From the NCBI GenBank assembly GCA_049322915.1, contig JBMOPW010000034.1, forward strand, positions 224,001-288,000: a stretch of 64,000 bases of DNA, given 5' to 3'. Every line of letters begins with the position of its first letter. The stretch's first letter is position 1. The notes under the pieces are model-generated. The model had not been told where the DNA came from and did no database searches. It saw nothing but the letters and a program-made list of their open reading frames with translations. Made by a program: the position numbers and the translations under genes. Origin of the DNA: Candidatus Zhuqueibacterota bacterium (GTDB taxonomy: Bacteria; Zhuqueibacterota; Zhuqueibacteria; Thermofontimicrobiales; Thermofontimicrobiaceae). Shown in pieces: positions 10,579 through 20,931 of this stretch.

Positions 10579-11826
10579 TTATTCGGTTAAAGATTCAAAT
10601 TCAGCGCGGAATTTATCAATCATGGCCTGAATGGCCACGGCGCCAGCCTCACCCAGAGGACACAGCGTGGTTCCTTTAATCGTCCTGGTTAATTTTTCGA
10701 TGGTCGCCAGGTCGGTTGTGTCGCCCTCGCCGGCCAGCATATTGTTCAGGATTTGCTGGATTTTGGCAAGCCCTTCACGACATGGCGTGCATTGTCCGCA
10801 GGACTCATGGGTGAAGAAATTGATCGCCGTCAGCGCCACTTCCGGGATGGAGGTATCTTCATCCATCACCACAATGCCGCCGGAGCCCAACATGGTGCCC
10901 GCCTTGACGCAGGAGTCAAAATCCAAATTGACGTCAATTTCATCCGCTTTCAAAATGACGGCTGAAAGTCCGCCGGGGATAACAGCCTTTAATTTTTTAT
11001 GGTCTTTCACGCCCTGCGCGGCATACTCAATCAGGTCCTTCAAATTCGTACCCAACGGATATTCGTAAACGCCGGGTCGGTTGACATGGCCGGAGATGCC
11101 GTACAGTTTGGTGCCCGAGCTTTGAAACGATCCCATCAGCTTGAAGGTTTCGGCGTCGTATTTGGCAATGAAAGGGATGCAGGCCAGGGTTTCCACGTTA
11201 TTCACAATTGTGGGGCAACCGTAAAGACCCACATTGGCCGGGAACGGCGGTTTTATCCGCGGCTCGCCCCGCTTCCCTTCGAGCGATTCGATCAACGCGG
11301 TTTCTTCGCCGCAGACATAAGCGCCGGCGCCTCGCATCACCACGATATCGAAATCAAAGCCTTTGCCCATGATATTCGCGCCCAACAGATTGGCTTTTCG
11401 CGCATTGACAATGGCCTTCTCCAGGATATCAGCAATCTTTTTAAATTCGCCCCGGATGTAAATGAACCCTTTATCCGCGCGCAATGCGTACGCAGTGATG
11501 GTCATTCCCTCGATGAGCAACAGCGGATCGTGCTCCATTATTTCGCGATCCTTAAATGTGCCGGGCTCGCCTTCATCGGCATTGCAGATGAGATAGAAAG
11601 GCTGCGTCTTTTCTTTGGGCAGAAACGACCATTTGAATCCGGTCGGAAAGCCGGCGCCGCCGCGTCCTCTGAGGAATGATTTCTTCACTTCGTCGATTAT
11701 TTGCTGAGGCGTTTGATCCAACGCTTTTTTCAGGCCTTCATAACCGCCTGCTTTCACATAGTTCTCGACCTTCTCCATCCCGGCGATGCCAACGTGTCGC
11801 GTCAAAACTTTTTTCTCTTCTATCAT
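10579..11826 (-). CDS. hydB: NADH/FMN-binding hydrogenase beta subunit (NuoF-like, short)
   Basis: RGRGGAGF, NADEGEPGTFKDR, GAGAYVCGEET, ESCGQCTPC...C. Confidence 0.92.
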   Translation of the reverse strand: MIEEKKVLTRHVGIAGMEKVENYVKAGGYEGLKKALDQTPQQIIDEVKKSFLRGRGGAGFPTGFKWSFLPKEKTQPFYLICNADEGEPGTFKDREIMEHDPLLLIEGMTITAYALRADKGFIYIRGEFKKIADILEKAIVNARKANLLGANIMGKGFDFDIVVMRGAGAYVCGEETALIESLEGKRGEPRIKPPFPANVGLYGCPTIVNNVETLACIPFIAKYDAETFKLMGSFQSSGTKLYGISGHVNRPGVYEYPLGTNLKDLIEYAAQGVKDHKKLKAVIPGGLSAVILKADEIDVNLDFDSCVKAGTMLGSGGIVVMDEDTSIPEVALTAINFFTHESCGQCTPCREGLAKIQQILNNMLAGEGDTTDLATIEKLTRTIKGTTLCPLGEAGAVAIQAMIDKFRAEFESLTE

Positions 11827-11838
11827 TAAATAAACTCC

Positions 11839-12348
11839 TTATTGTAGTGATTCCAGGATACTGTCTACTTTTTCTTCAGTCAGATTTTCATAGTACGTAT
11901 CATTCACCATCATGACCGGGGCGGTGCCGCACGCGCCTAAACATTCGACGAGACTCAATGAATACGTGCCATTTTCCGTCGTCTCACCCGGCTCAATGTC
12001 CAGTTTTTCCGACACGTGCTCGATGATGTGCTTCGCGCCCATGAGCGAGCATGCGATGTTGCGGCAGATTTGTATGTGGTATTTGCCGACAGGGCTGGTA
12101 TTGAACATGGTATAAAAAGTGAGAACGCTGTAAATTTTATTGGGAGTCGTTTCCAGTATGTCCGCAAGCTGCCTGACAACGGAATTGGATACCCAACCAA
12201 ATTCATCCTGAATGATGTGAAGCGCTGGCAGGAGCGCCGAGTTTTTTTGTGGAAACTGTTTTACTACTTCATTGATCTTTTTTATCATCTTATCGGTCAA
12301 TGTGTGTTCAATATCTTTTGTCAGATATTGGGAAGGCGATGATGTCAT
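11839..12348 (-). CDS. hydC: [2Fe-2S] hydrogenase gamma subunit (NuoE-like)
   Basis: CRNIAC...CLGAC; start codon uncertain. Confidence 0.9.
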   Translation of the reverse strand: MTSSPSQYLTKDIEHTLTDKMIKKINEVVKQFPQKNSALLPALHIIQDEFGWVSNSVVRQLADILETTPNKIYSVLTFYTMFNTSPVGKYHIQICRNIACSLMGAKHIIEHVSEKLDIEPGETTENGTYSLSLVECLGACGTAPVMMVNDTYYENLTEEKVDSILESLQ

Positions 12349-12408
12349 CGAACATATCCTCCAATACAATTAATATTCTTCTGAACAATCAAATCATTTA
12401 TTATCGAA

Positions 12409-14127
12409 TTACATCGGGCGTTCATGGTAATGCGTATGAAGCAGGTGGTGGCTCTTTTCGCCGCATGGTTCGCCCAGAAACTCCTTGTACAATCGCTGAA
12501 CCCATTCATTGCTGTGTGAGGTTTTCACCGCTTCGGAGTCATCGATCTGGTAGAGCGCCTTGTTCCGGGCTTTAATACTGTCCAGATTGGTTCCAAACGG
12601 TTGGCCGCCGCCAGCGATACAGCCGCCGGGGCAGGTCATTATTTCAATGAAATGAAGGTCTTTTCGACCGGCGCGAACCTGATCCATCAAAATTTTCGCA
12701 TTGGCCAGACTGCTGGTCACAGCGACGCCAACTTCCAGATCATTGATTTTGACTTTGGCTTCCCGAATGCCGGTATATCCGCGGACGGCCTCGACATGCA
12801 GGTCTTTCAATTCCTGGCCGGTAATCAGAAAATACGCCGATCGGATGGCAGCTTCCATCACGCCGCCGCTCGCGCCGAAAATTTTGCCGGCTGTGGTGCG
12901 TTCACCGAATGGCGTATCCGCTGTGTCCGGCGTGAGCGTTTTAATATCCACGCCAAAAATGCGAATCAATCGCGCCAACTCACGGGTCGTCAGGACGGCG
13001 TCGACATCAGGAATTTCATTCTGGGTCATTTCCGGCCGTTTCGCCTCGAACTTTTTGGCTGTGCAGGGCATGATCGAAACGCTATAAATTTTCCTGGGGT
13101 CGATCCCTTCGCGTTCGGCAAAGAAGCTTTTGATGATTGCGCCCATCATTTGCTGGGGGCTTTTACACGTGGAAACATGTTCCAGTAAATCAGGATAAAA
13201 TTGTTCGATGTATTTAATCCAGCCGGGAGAGCAGCTTGTGGTCATGGGCAATTTCCCGCCCTGTGTGATTCGATGCACCAGTTCGGTCCCTTCTTCCATG
13301 ATGGTCAAATCGGCGGAAAAAGACGTATCGAACACGCGATCAAATCCCATCAATCGCATGGCCGCCACCATTTTCCCATCGATATCAAATTCGCCCGGCG
13401 CAAATCCAAACTCTTCCGCCAACGTCACCGAAACGGCCGGCGCATGCTGGACAACAACAAATTTGTCCGGATCATTCAGCGCATCGATGACATGCTGAAT
13501 ATCGCTCTTCTCGGACAGCGCCCCGGTGGGACAGGCGATGACGCACTGGCCGCAGTTAATGCAGCGCGACAGATTCAGTTCTTTGCCGTCTTCAATGCCA
13601 ATGATGGATTCAAATCCGCGACCCATCAGTTCGATGGCGGCGACGCCCTGAATTTCTTCGCAGACGCGCACACAGCGACCACAGAGAATACATTTGTTCT
13701 GGTCTCTCACCAGCGATGGGCTCGACTCGTCCACCGCGTAATGATGTTCATTTTTAATCAGAGCACGATTTCTCACGCCCAGATCTTCGGCCAGCTTCTG
13801 CAAATCGCAATTTCCATTGCGCACGCAAAAGAGGCAATCATCCGGGTGATTGGACAGCATCAATTCAACGAGATTTTTTCGCGTCTCCAGCACGCGCGGT
13901 GAATGCGTTTTAATTCGCATCCCCTCACTCACCGGGAACGAACAGGCCGGGACTAGGTCTTTTCTGCCTTCGACCTCAACAACGCATACGCGGCATCTTC
14001 CCACCGGCGCGAGTTTTTCGAAGTAGCACAATGTCGGGATAGTGATACCGGCTCGTTTCAAAGCTGATAGAATGGTCTCGCCTTTTTCAGCTTCAATTTT
14101 TTTGTTGTTCACATCGATCTGGATCAT
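12409..14127 (-). CDS. hydA: Group A [FeFe]-hydrogenase catalytic subunit
   Basis: [2Fe-2S], His-ligated [4Fe-4S] and 2x[4Fe-4S] domains; H-cluster motifs TSCSPGW, MPCTAKKFE, EIMTCPGGCIAGGGQP. Confidence 0.96.
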   Translation of the reverse strand: MIQIDVNNKKIEAEKGETILSALKRAGITIPTLCYFEKLAPVGRCRVCVVEVEGRKDLVPACSFPVSEGMRIKTHSPRVLETRKNLVELMLSNHPDDCLFCVRNGNCDLQKLAEDLGVRNRALIKNEHHYAVDESSPSLVRDQNKCILCGRCVRVCEEIQGVAAIELMGRGFESIIGIEDGKELNLSRCINCGQCVIACPTGALSEKSDIQHVIDALNDPDKFVVVQHAPAVSVTLAEEFGFAPGEFDIDGKMVAAMRLMGFDRVFDTSFSADLTIMEEGTELVHRITQGGKLPMTTSCSPGWIKYIEQFYPDLLEHVSTCKSPQQMMGAIIKSFFAEREGIDPRKIYSVSIMPCTAKKFEAKRPEMTQNEIPDVDAVLTTRELARLIRIFGVDIKTLTPDTADTPFGERTTAGKIFGASGGVMEAAIRSAYFLITGQELKDLHVEAVRGYTGIREAKVKINDLEVGVAVTSSLANAKILMDQVRAGRKDLHFIEIMTCPGGCIAGGGQPFGTNLDSIKARNKALYQIDDSEAVKTSHSNEWVQRLYKEFLGEPCGEKSHHLLHTHYHERPM

Positions 14128-14176
14128 GATAATTTCCTTTAACTCCTCATTTAATTCGGAAACCTTGTCTATTCAA

Positions 14177-15667
14177 TTATCTATGCAAGGGCAGTGTCAC
14201 TCGGAATTGGCTGCCCTCCCCAATGTTACTTTTTACTTCGATACTCCCATTATGCAACTCGGCAATGCGCTTGGCGATGTTCAATCCCAGGCCGGTGCCC
14301 GGTATTTTTTGGATTTCCTCGCGCCTGGATCTGAAAAATTCTGTGAAGATTTTGCGCTGATCCTCCTCGGAAATTCCCAGGCCGGTATCGCTGACCGAGA
14401 CGAGAATCCGAGCGGCATCCGCTTCGAGAGTAATGGTCACCGAACCCTTGTGCCGGTTGTATTTAATGGCATTGCTGATTAAATTATTGAATAAATATGT
14501 CAATGCGTTATTGTCACCGTTCATGGGGGGAATCGACTCGTCCGCGTGCAGGATGATCTGAATTTCCCTGGTTTCTGCTTCGTGCTCCATAAATGTGATG
14601 ATTTCAGTGATCACTTTTTTGACATCCACCGGCACGCGTTCGCTGATGAATTTCCCGGATTCAATCGAAGTGATGCTTAACAGATCCTGCACCAGATTCC
14701 GCAGCGTCTCTGCTTTCTGACGCGACCGCGACAGGTATTCCAGCAGCTTCTCCGGCTTGTCATTGACATATCCTTTGATGATTAAATCCAGATAACCGTC
14801 AATAGCGTTGATGGGCGCTTTCAATTCATGGGCAACAACGGACACAAGCTTCTGGAATTCCGCCTTCATCCGCTCGAGTTTTTTCTCTTCGGAGATGTCC
14901 ATCAATACCAGAGCCAGGCCCGAAACCTCGTCATTCTTCTCTTTGATGGGCGCGCCCGTTATCAGATAAATAATATCCTTTTCTTTATCAAAAACAATCT
15001 CTTTGCTGATATTACCAGTCGGAAAATTATTAGCGCTCAACGAGGTGCAGATAAATTCTTCCAGATCCGAATTATTCAGAAATCCGCTTACATGCTTGCC
15101 GATTTTTTCCGGCGTTGTCAGATGTAACATGGCGCATGCGACCTGATTGACCAAAATCAGATTCGCATCCTTATCCGTGGCGATAAGTCCTTCGCCCATG
15201 CAATTGATAATCGTGGTGAGCCGTGATTGTTCAGCCGCAATCCTGAGCAGATTTTGCTCGCGTTCCCGACGCAGACCGTCAGCTTCTTTGAGCAGGTGGC
15301 TTTTCTCCAGTCCCTTTCGAACGACATTCCGTAATTCTTCGGGAGTGAACGGCTTGGGAATATAATCGTAAACTCCCTTTTTCAGCGTCTCCACGGCAGA
15401 CTCGATTGTGGCAAATCCGGTGATCACCACGATGATGATATTCGGATCAATTTCGCGGAGTACGTCGATGACATCGGTGCCGGACATTTCAGGCATCATC
15501 AGATCCAGCAGAACCAGATCGAACGGACCAGCCTTCAGCTTCCCGATGCCGATGCGACCATTTTCAGCCGTTTCGATCACATAGCCTTCGTGGCGAAGCG
15601 TCATGTCACAGGCCAGCCGAATGACGTCGTCGTCGTCAATCACTAATATTTTGGGCGATTCGCTCAT
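14177..15667 (-). CDS. Hybrid REC-PAS histidine kinase
   Basis: N-terminal REC, PAS, H-box VAHELKAP, GTGLGL; ATGA overlap with the upstream gene. Confidence 0.92.
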   Translation of the reverse strand: MSESPKILVIDDDDVIRLACDMTLRHEGYVIETAENGRIGIGKLKAGPFDLVLLDLMMPEMSGTDVIDVLREIDPNIIIVVITGFATIESAVETLKKGVYDYIPKPFTPEELRNVVRKGLEKSHLLKEADGLRREREQNLLRIAAEQSRLTTIINCMGEGLIATDKDANLILVNQVACAMLHLTTPEKIGKHVSGFLNNSDLEEFICTSLSANNFPTGNISKEIVFDKEKDIIYLITGAPIKEKNDEVSGLALVLMDISEEKKLERMKAEFQKLVSVVAHELKAPINAIDGYLDLIIKGYVNDKPEKLLEYLSRSRQKAETLRNLVQDLLSITSIESGKFISERVPVDVKKVITEIITFMEHEAETREIQIILHADESIPPMNGDNNALTYLFNNLISNAIKYNRHKGSVTITLEADAARILVSVSDTGLGISEEDQRKIFTEFFRSRREEIQKIPGTGLGLNIAKRIAELHNGSIEVKSNIGEGSQFRVTLPLHR

Positions 15668-16506
15668 TTCGTTTCCGGCATCCCCTGCACGCAATTGAGG
15701 CTCATTTGCAACAGCTTTTCAACTGCAGGAATCACATCTTCAATTTTGACAGGTTTGGTGAGATACGTCCAGGTCGGCAGTGTCGTCCTTACCTTGCTCA
15801 TTATCATTTCTTCGGCGCTGCTATGTGTCGGTGAAACAAACAATAACATCGGTATTTCTATCATGTCATTTCTTTGAATAATCTTATCGACAAAATGGTA
15901 TCCATCACTACCGACCTGGATATTTATATCGACCATCAATATATCCGGAGGATTTTTCGCGGCTTTCCCGAACGCTTCATCCGACTCGTAACTAATATCG
16001 ACAATAAAATTATGGTTCTCTAAATTTATCCTGTGAATTTCCAGAAAGTCATCGTTTTCATCGACTATAAGTATGCTCTTTTTTTTTACCGGTTCAGTGG
16101 GCAACTCCATGCTTTTCTGGATTTCTGGTTTAACAGGTAGAGCGCTTTTAATAGCCAGCTTCAAATCATCGATGCCAAAGGAATCGAGATGGTAGTAATA
16201 AATTTTCTCACTCCGAATTTTGGCTTCGAATTCCTTTGAATTTGTATGCGCCTTCACGATTATTTTGATCGACGGATTAATGTCTTTCAAAATTTGAATA
16301 GTCTTCTCAATGGGCATTCCCGGCACGGATGCATCCAATACGATGATATCGAACATTTTATTCTGCGCCTGAATGATGCCAGCTGCCAAATCATGCTCGA
16401 CGACCAGGCTGCCATTGTGCTGCCCGATGAGCGCAGAAAGCTCGGCGTAGAGTTTTTCGTCCTGGCTGATGACGAACAAAATGTGAGTTGCCATCTGACT
16501 ATTCAT
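15664..16506 (-). CDS. Tandem double (partly degenerate) receiver-domain protein
   Basis: Two REC-like folds (VLDASVP; IVDEND..MVDINI..TKP); start 16506 or 16524. Confidence 0.75.
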   Translation of the reverse strand: MNSQMATHILFVISQDEKLYAELSALIGQHNGSLVVEHDLAAGIIQAQNKMFDIIVLDASVPGMPIEKTIQILKDINPSIKIIVKAHTNSKEFEAKIRSEKIYYYHLDSFGIDDLKLAIKSALPVKPEIQKSMELPTEPVKKKSILIVDENDDFLEIHRINLENHNFIVDISYESDEAFGKAAKNPPDILMVDINIQVGSDGYHFVDKIIQRNDMIEIPMLLFVSPTHSSAEEMIMSKVRTTLPTWTYLTKPVKIEDVIPAVEKLLQMSLNCVQGMPETK

Positions 16507-16564
16507 GAAAAATACCTGTTTCATAAAATTGAACTGCTGACACAAGAAAAATAGGCAATATTTT

Positions 16565-16580
16565 TACAAACGACGTGCCA
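16565..16580 (-). promoter_or_regulatory. Sigma54 (-24/-12) promoter of the hydrogenase cluster
   Basis: TGGCACG-TCGT-TTGTA, one mismatch to TGGCACG-N4-TTGCW. Confidence 0.65.
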
Positions 16581-16664
16581 CAAAATCAAAATAATATTTC
16601 AGGACGTTAATGTTATCAGAATCCTGGTGTTACGCCCCGGTTCGGGTGAGCGATATTTTCATCG

Positions 16665-16770
16665 CGGAAAATTCCGGCGCACTTTTTTCGGGGCAAATTA
16701 CCCCGACAAATTGATGGCGATTTTAGTCTTTTGATTTATAGCGAGTTATGCCTGGGGGAAAATGCCACAG
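16665..16770. promoter_or_regulatory. Candidate enhancer (bEBP) palindromes
   Basis: CGGAAAATTCCG, TCGGGGCAAATTACCCCGA, CTGGGGGAAAATGCCACAG about 85-190 bp upstream of the sigma54 site. Confidence 0.5.
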
Positions 16771-17009
16771 GAATGAAATACCGTTCTCTCATTTTGGGGA
16801 GTATTCGTTAAGTTAGTCGCCTGCGGCGCCACTCAATTCAGCAATAATGACAATGGTACAAAACGATATGCAAGCAGAATGACCGACAAAGGGAGGTTGA
16901 AAAACGGGTAACGTGGCAGGCGTTCAACCATAATTTTGGGAAGTGGGAACAACACCTTACCCGTTTTGATGGGGTCGAAAGAAACGTCAGTGGGACGATT
17001 CGGACAAAG

Positions 17010-17579
17010 CTATTTGGTGACATTCTCCATATTTGCGCCGTCCACGATGATATTTTCCATATTGGCGCCATTCAAAAAAGCGCCGGAGAGATTGGCATTT
17101 TTCAAATTGGCATCGCGAAGTTCGGCTCGTTCCATGTGTGCACAGGACAGATTTGCTCCGGTGAAATCAGCTCCAGGAAATTCAGCGCGCTTCATTCTGC
17201 CGGATTCGATTTTGGCGTTTTGAAAATTCGCTTTCGCCGCCTGAACGCCGAATAATTTAGCATGAAACAGGTTGGCGTTTTTAAAACTGGCGCCCTCCAT
17301 ATTTGTATCCTGAAAGTTGCCCTCGGCTGCGTCGCAATTATCAAAACGGGCATTCAACAAATTTGCACCGAATAAAAATACATCCTTCAAATTCGCCCCG
17401 CTGAAATTAGCGTCTTCGAGATTCGCATTTTGCAAATGAGCGTCAATCAAAATGGAATTGGAAAAATCCGCCCCTTTCAAATTTTCGTACGACAGGTCGA
17501 TGCTGCTGAGGTCTAAATTTGATAACGATTCACCGCGTTGATATTTCGCCAGCACTTCATCGCGTGAGAGTTGTGGCAT
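17010..17579 (-). CDS. Pentapeptide-repeat protein
   Basis: Continuous A(N/D)(L/F)xx repeats. Confidence 0.92.
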   Translation of the reverse strand: MPQLSRDEVLAKYQRGESLSNLDLSSIDLSYENLKGADFSNSILIDAHLQNANLEDANFSGANLKDVFLFGANLLNARFDNCDAAEGNFQDTNMEGASFKNANLFHAKLFGVQAAKANFQNAKIESGRMKRAEFPGADFTGANLSCAHMERAELRDANLKNANLSGAFLNGANMENIIVDGANMENVTK

Positions 17580-17590
17580 ATTGCTCCTCC

Positions 17591-17935
17591 CTATTTTCCT
17601 TGAAAGCTATTTACTGCTTCTTCAATTGAGTTATATGTTAAAAACACTGTTTCCAGTTTAGTGATTTCCAGAGGACGACGAATGCGCTCCGACAAATTGA
17701 CCAGTCGCAAATCGCCGCCACTGCTTCGCGCCGTCGTGAGACCACTGATGAGCATACCAAGTCCGGAACTGTTCATCCAGGTTGCTTTCGCCATATCCAC
17801 GACAAAATTCACAACATCATCTTCTATCGAAGTGTACAAAGTATTCCTGAATTGCTCGGATTCAACGCCGCCCATGATTTCGCCTTCCATTTGTATCAGC
17901 AAGACGTCATTGTATTTCTGTGTGTGAAGTTTCAT
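17591..17935 (-). CDS. STAS-domain anti-sigma factor antagonist
   Basis: VDM...WMNSSGLGML; RBS GGAGG before ATG 17935. Confidence 0.9.
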   Translation of the reverse strand: MKLHTQKYNDVLLIQMEGEIMGGVESEQFRNTLYTSIEDDVVNFVVDMAKATWMNSSGLGMLISGLTTARSSGGDLRLVNLSERIRRPLEITKLETVFLTYNSIEEAVNSFQGK

Positions 17936-18215
17936 TGTGATTTCCTCCTGCGATATCGGATTTTTCTGATGCAATGCTGAGCCCTGAATCCCACAATTCA
18001 CATCCCGACGGGCTGACGACGGTTTCAGGCGAACTGCATTCGTTTTCTCGAATTATAACTGTTGTTAATAGTTCTTTGTTAGATCGATTGAATTTTTACA
18101 CTTAAAAACAAATCAAAGATGGAGTGCATTCCCTTTCTGGCATGCAGTGACGCGATTCCAAAGGCATCGCACAATGGGTAATAACGAATGAATCAAAGCG
18201 TTAAACTGCCTCAAT

Positions 18216-19439
18216 TTATTCGTAACGCAACGCCACGATGGGATCCAGTCGCGCCGCTTTGCTCGCCGGGTATGCGCCGAAGAACAGTCCAACGAAACTA
18301 CAAAAGCCAATTCCCAGGAAAATCGCCCAAATGGGAATATCGGTTGGCAACGGTGTCACCGCTCCCACAATAACCCCGATGAGCACGCCGAACAGAATGC
18401 CAATGACGCCACCTAGATTTCCCAGAATAATGGATTCTATGATGAACTGGGTGAGAATATCTAAACGTCGGGCGCCGATTGCTTTTCGGATGCCAATTTC
18501 TTTGGTGCGCTCAGTGACTGAAACGAGCATTATGTTCATGATGCCGATGCCGCCAACGAGCAACGAGATGAGAGCGATACCGATCGCAGCGACTTTCACG
18601 TACAAGCTCATGTCATTGAAGGTATCAATGAGCGACTCGCTGGTGAAGACTTCGAAATCGTTCGGTTTGTCGGGCGGCACTTTTCGCACAGCGCGCAAAA
18701 TACCGGTAACCTGATCGATCGCTGCATCCATGTAAATCGGATCTTTGACCTGCACCGTAATATGCAGGCTTCGCCGATCGCCGTAAATTTTATGAAAACT
18801 GGTGATCGGCATGATCACCCGGTTATCCTCGCTCTGACCAAAGGTGCTTCCCTGTTTTTCGAGCGTCCCGATCACGCGCAGTTTATGCGGCCCAACGCGA
18901 ATGTACTCGCCTATAGGATTTTTATGCGGGAAAAGCACTTCCACAATATCCATTCCGAGGACAATCACATTGCGATTGAATTCCACATCTGTTTCGCTGA
19001 TAAACCGGCCCTGATCCACAAAGTAGCTATTGGCCACCTGAAATTCCTGAGTGGCGCCCAGAATGACCACATCAGGATTGGTTTTCTTGTCCTCATATTT
19101 AATGATCTGACCCCAGGTATAGGTTTCCGGGCCCACTGCTTTCACCAGCGTCCCATGCTCTTTAATCGCCCGGGCATGGTCCATGGTAATCGCTTTGCGG
19201 TTGCGATACTTTTCATCGAGATGCCCCATTTGAATGGGCGGGTCTTTCTGAATCTGAAAAGTATTCGTCCCCAAAACGCTCAGTTCACTCACCATGTAAT
19301 TCTGTAGCCCCTGAATTATGGACATCATCCCAATGATCGTGGCGACGCCAATCACAATGCCCAACGTGGTCAATGCTGACCGCATTTTGTTCGAGCGAAG
19401 GGCATCCACTGCTACTGATAGAGTTTCTCGTATATCCAT
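18216..19439 (-). CDS. MacB/YknZ-like ABC permease
   Basis: [33 protein letters not shown]. Confidence 0.95.
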   Translation of the reverse strand: MDIRETLSVAVDALRSNKMRSALTTLGIVIGVATIIGMMSIIQGLQNYMVSELSVLGTNTFQIQKDPPIQMGHLDEKYRNRKAITMDHARAIKEHGTLVKAVGPETYTWGQIIKYEDKKTNPDVVILGATQEFQVANSYFVDQGRFISETDVEFNRNVIVLGMDIVEVLFPHKNPIGEYIRVGPHKLRVIGTLEKQGSTFGQSEDNRVIMPITSFHKIYGDRRSLHITVQVKDPIYMDAAIDQVTGILRAVRKVPPDKPNDFEVFTSESLIDTFNDMSLYVKVAAIGIALISLLVGGIGIMNIMLVSVTERTKEIGIRKAIGARRLDILTQFIIESIILGNLGGVIGILFGVLIGVIVGAVTPLPTDIPIWAIFLGIGFCSFVGLFFGAYPASKAARLDPIVALRYE

Positions 19440-19586
19440 AGTGATATTCTAATCTTCCGTCACTAAATTTAACTGTTCAAACGCGTGTATTTGGCTAAAT
19501 TGCACCGTCGCGATTTCCGAAAAAAGCGATTCATTCAAAGCCAAACATTTCTGCATACGATATGTATTTCGCTCGCAGAGAGCGGA

Positions 19587-20813
19587 TTACTCGTATCGCA
19601 GCGCTTCAATGGGATCCAGTCGTGCTGCTTTGTAAGCCGGAAATATCCCAAAGAATATTCCCACCAATCCGATAAACACCAGTCCAATGGTGATGGATAC
19701 CGGCGATACTGAAGCGGATAGGAATGTGGACGCCGCTACAGCCTTGGCCACAGCAAATCCCAAAATTATACCGATGATTCCGCCGAATGCACTGACAGCG
19801 AGCGCCTCAATGAGGAATTGCGTGAGTATATTCCGGTTTTTCGCACCAATGGCCTTGCGGATGCCAATCTCGCGCGTCCGCTCAGTCACCGACACCAGCA
19901 TGATGTTCATGATGCCAATCCCGCCGACAATCAGCGCTATGGAACCAACGCCAAACGCCACGGCATAGAGCGCCGTGGTGAGATTTTTATACATGTCCGC
20001 GATCATATCCTGTTGGTTGATGGCGAAATCATTTTCCTTCCAGGGCGGTACTTTGCGCACGCGACGCATGATGCCGGTGAGTTCGTCCTTGGCATCCTCG
20101 ATCAGACTGGCATTGACGACTTTCACTTCAATCGTCACCCATCGTCGTGAACCATACAGCTTTTGGAAAATGCCGATGGGGATGATGATCTCCGTATCCA
20201 GGTTATGGCCGAAGAGACTTCCCCGTTTTTCAATCACCCCGATGACGCGAAATTTATGTGCCCCGATTGTGATCCTTCGGCCCAGGGGATTCGCCTTTTT
20301 GAACAGCTTATCGGCAACTTCCCAACCGATGACGCACACTGCGCGCCGATGCTCCACGTCCGTAACAGACAAAGGGCGCCCAGACTCCGGAACGATATTG
20401 GCCGTCTCCCGGTAGTCTTCGGTCGTGCCGGTAATTTCAACATTGGTCAATTTTTCGCTTCCGTATTTCACTGCCCTGCGCGCGGAAACCGATGGCGCCA
20501 CGGCTTTCACCAGAGTGGCGTGTTGCCGGATTGCGTCCGCTTCCTTCAGCGTGATATCCTTTCGGTTTCGTGCTTCCAACCAATCGGAACGGGAGAACCA
20601 GGCGAATTTCTGGATGTACAACGTATCCGAACCCAGGGCTGAAATAGATGTATAAAATGCGTCGTTCAATCCCTCGATGATGGAATGGATGCTGATGACA
20701 GTCGTAATGCCAATGACAATTCCCAGCGTGGTGAGAAACGTCCGCATTTTATTCGCTTTCAACGCCTGACCGGCTATTTTCAGGCTTTCGATGAATTCAA
20801 TAAAAAATTTCAT
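19587..20813 (-). CDS. MacB/YknZ-like ABC permease (paralog)
   Basis: Same FtsX/MacB motifs. Confidence 0.95.
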   Translation of the reverse strand: MKFFIEFIESLKIAGQALKANKMRTFLTTLGIVIGITTVISIHSIIEGLNDAFYTSISALGSDTLYIQKFAWFSRSDWLEARNRKDITLKEADAIRQHATLVKAVAPSVSARRAVKYGSEKLTNVEITGTTEDYRETANIVPESGRPLSVTDVEHRRAVCVIGWEVADKLFKKANPLGRRITIGAHKFRVIGVIEKRGSLFGHNLDTEIIIPIGIFQKLYGSRRWVTIEVKVVNASLIEDAKDELTGIMRRVRKVPPWKENDFAINQQDMIADMYKNLTTALYAVAFGVGSIALIVGGIGIMNIMLVSVTERTREIGIRKAIGAKNRNILTQFLIEALAVSAFGGIIGIILGFAVAKAVAASTFLSASVSPVSITIGLVFIGLVGIFFGIFPAYKAARLDPIEALRYE

Positions 20814-20931
20814 AGAATAATCTATTCCAAATATTTTAATATTTCAAGGAAAATTTTTTCCAGGCATCGGCAGTCAGTGGGTGGCAGCCTGGTCATACGA
20901 TTTGACACTGTAAATCAGTCAGGTCTTGGTG

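Noticed and set aside
10579..12348. Respiratory complex I nuoEF
   Set aside because: Adjacent to hydA with no other nuo genes; these are hydrogenase subunits
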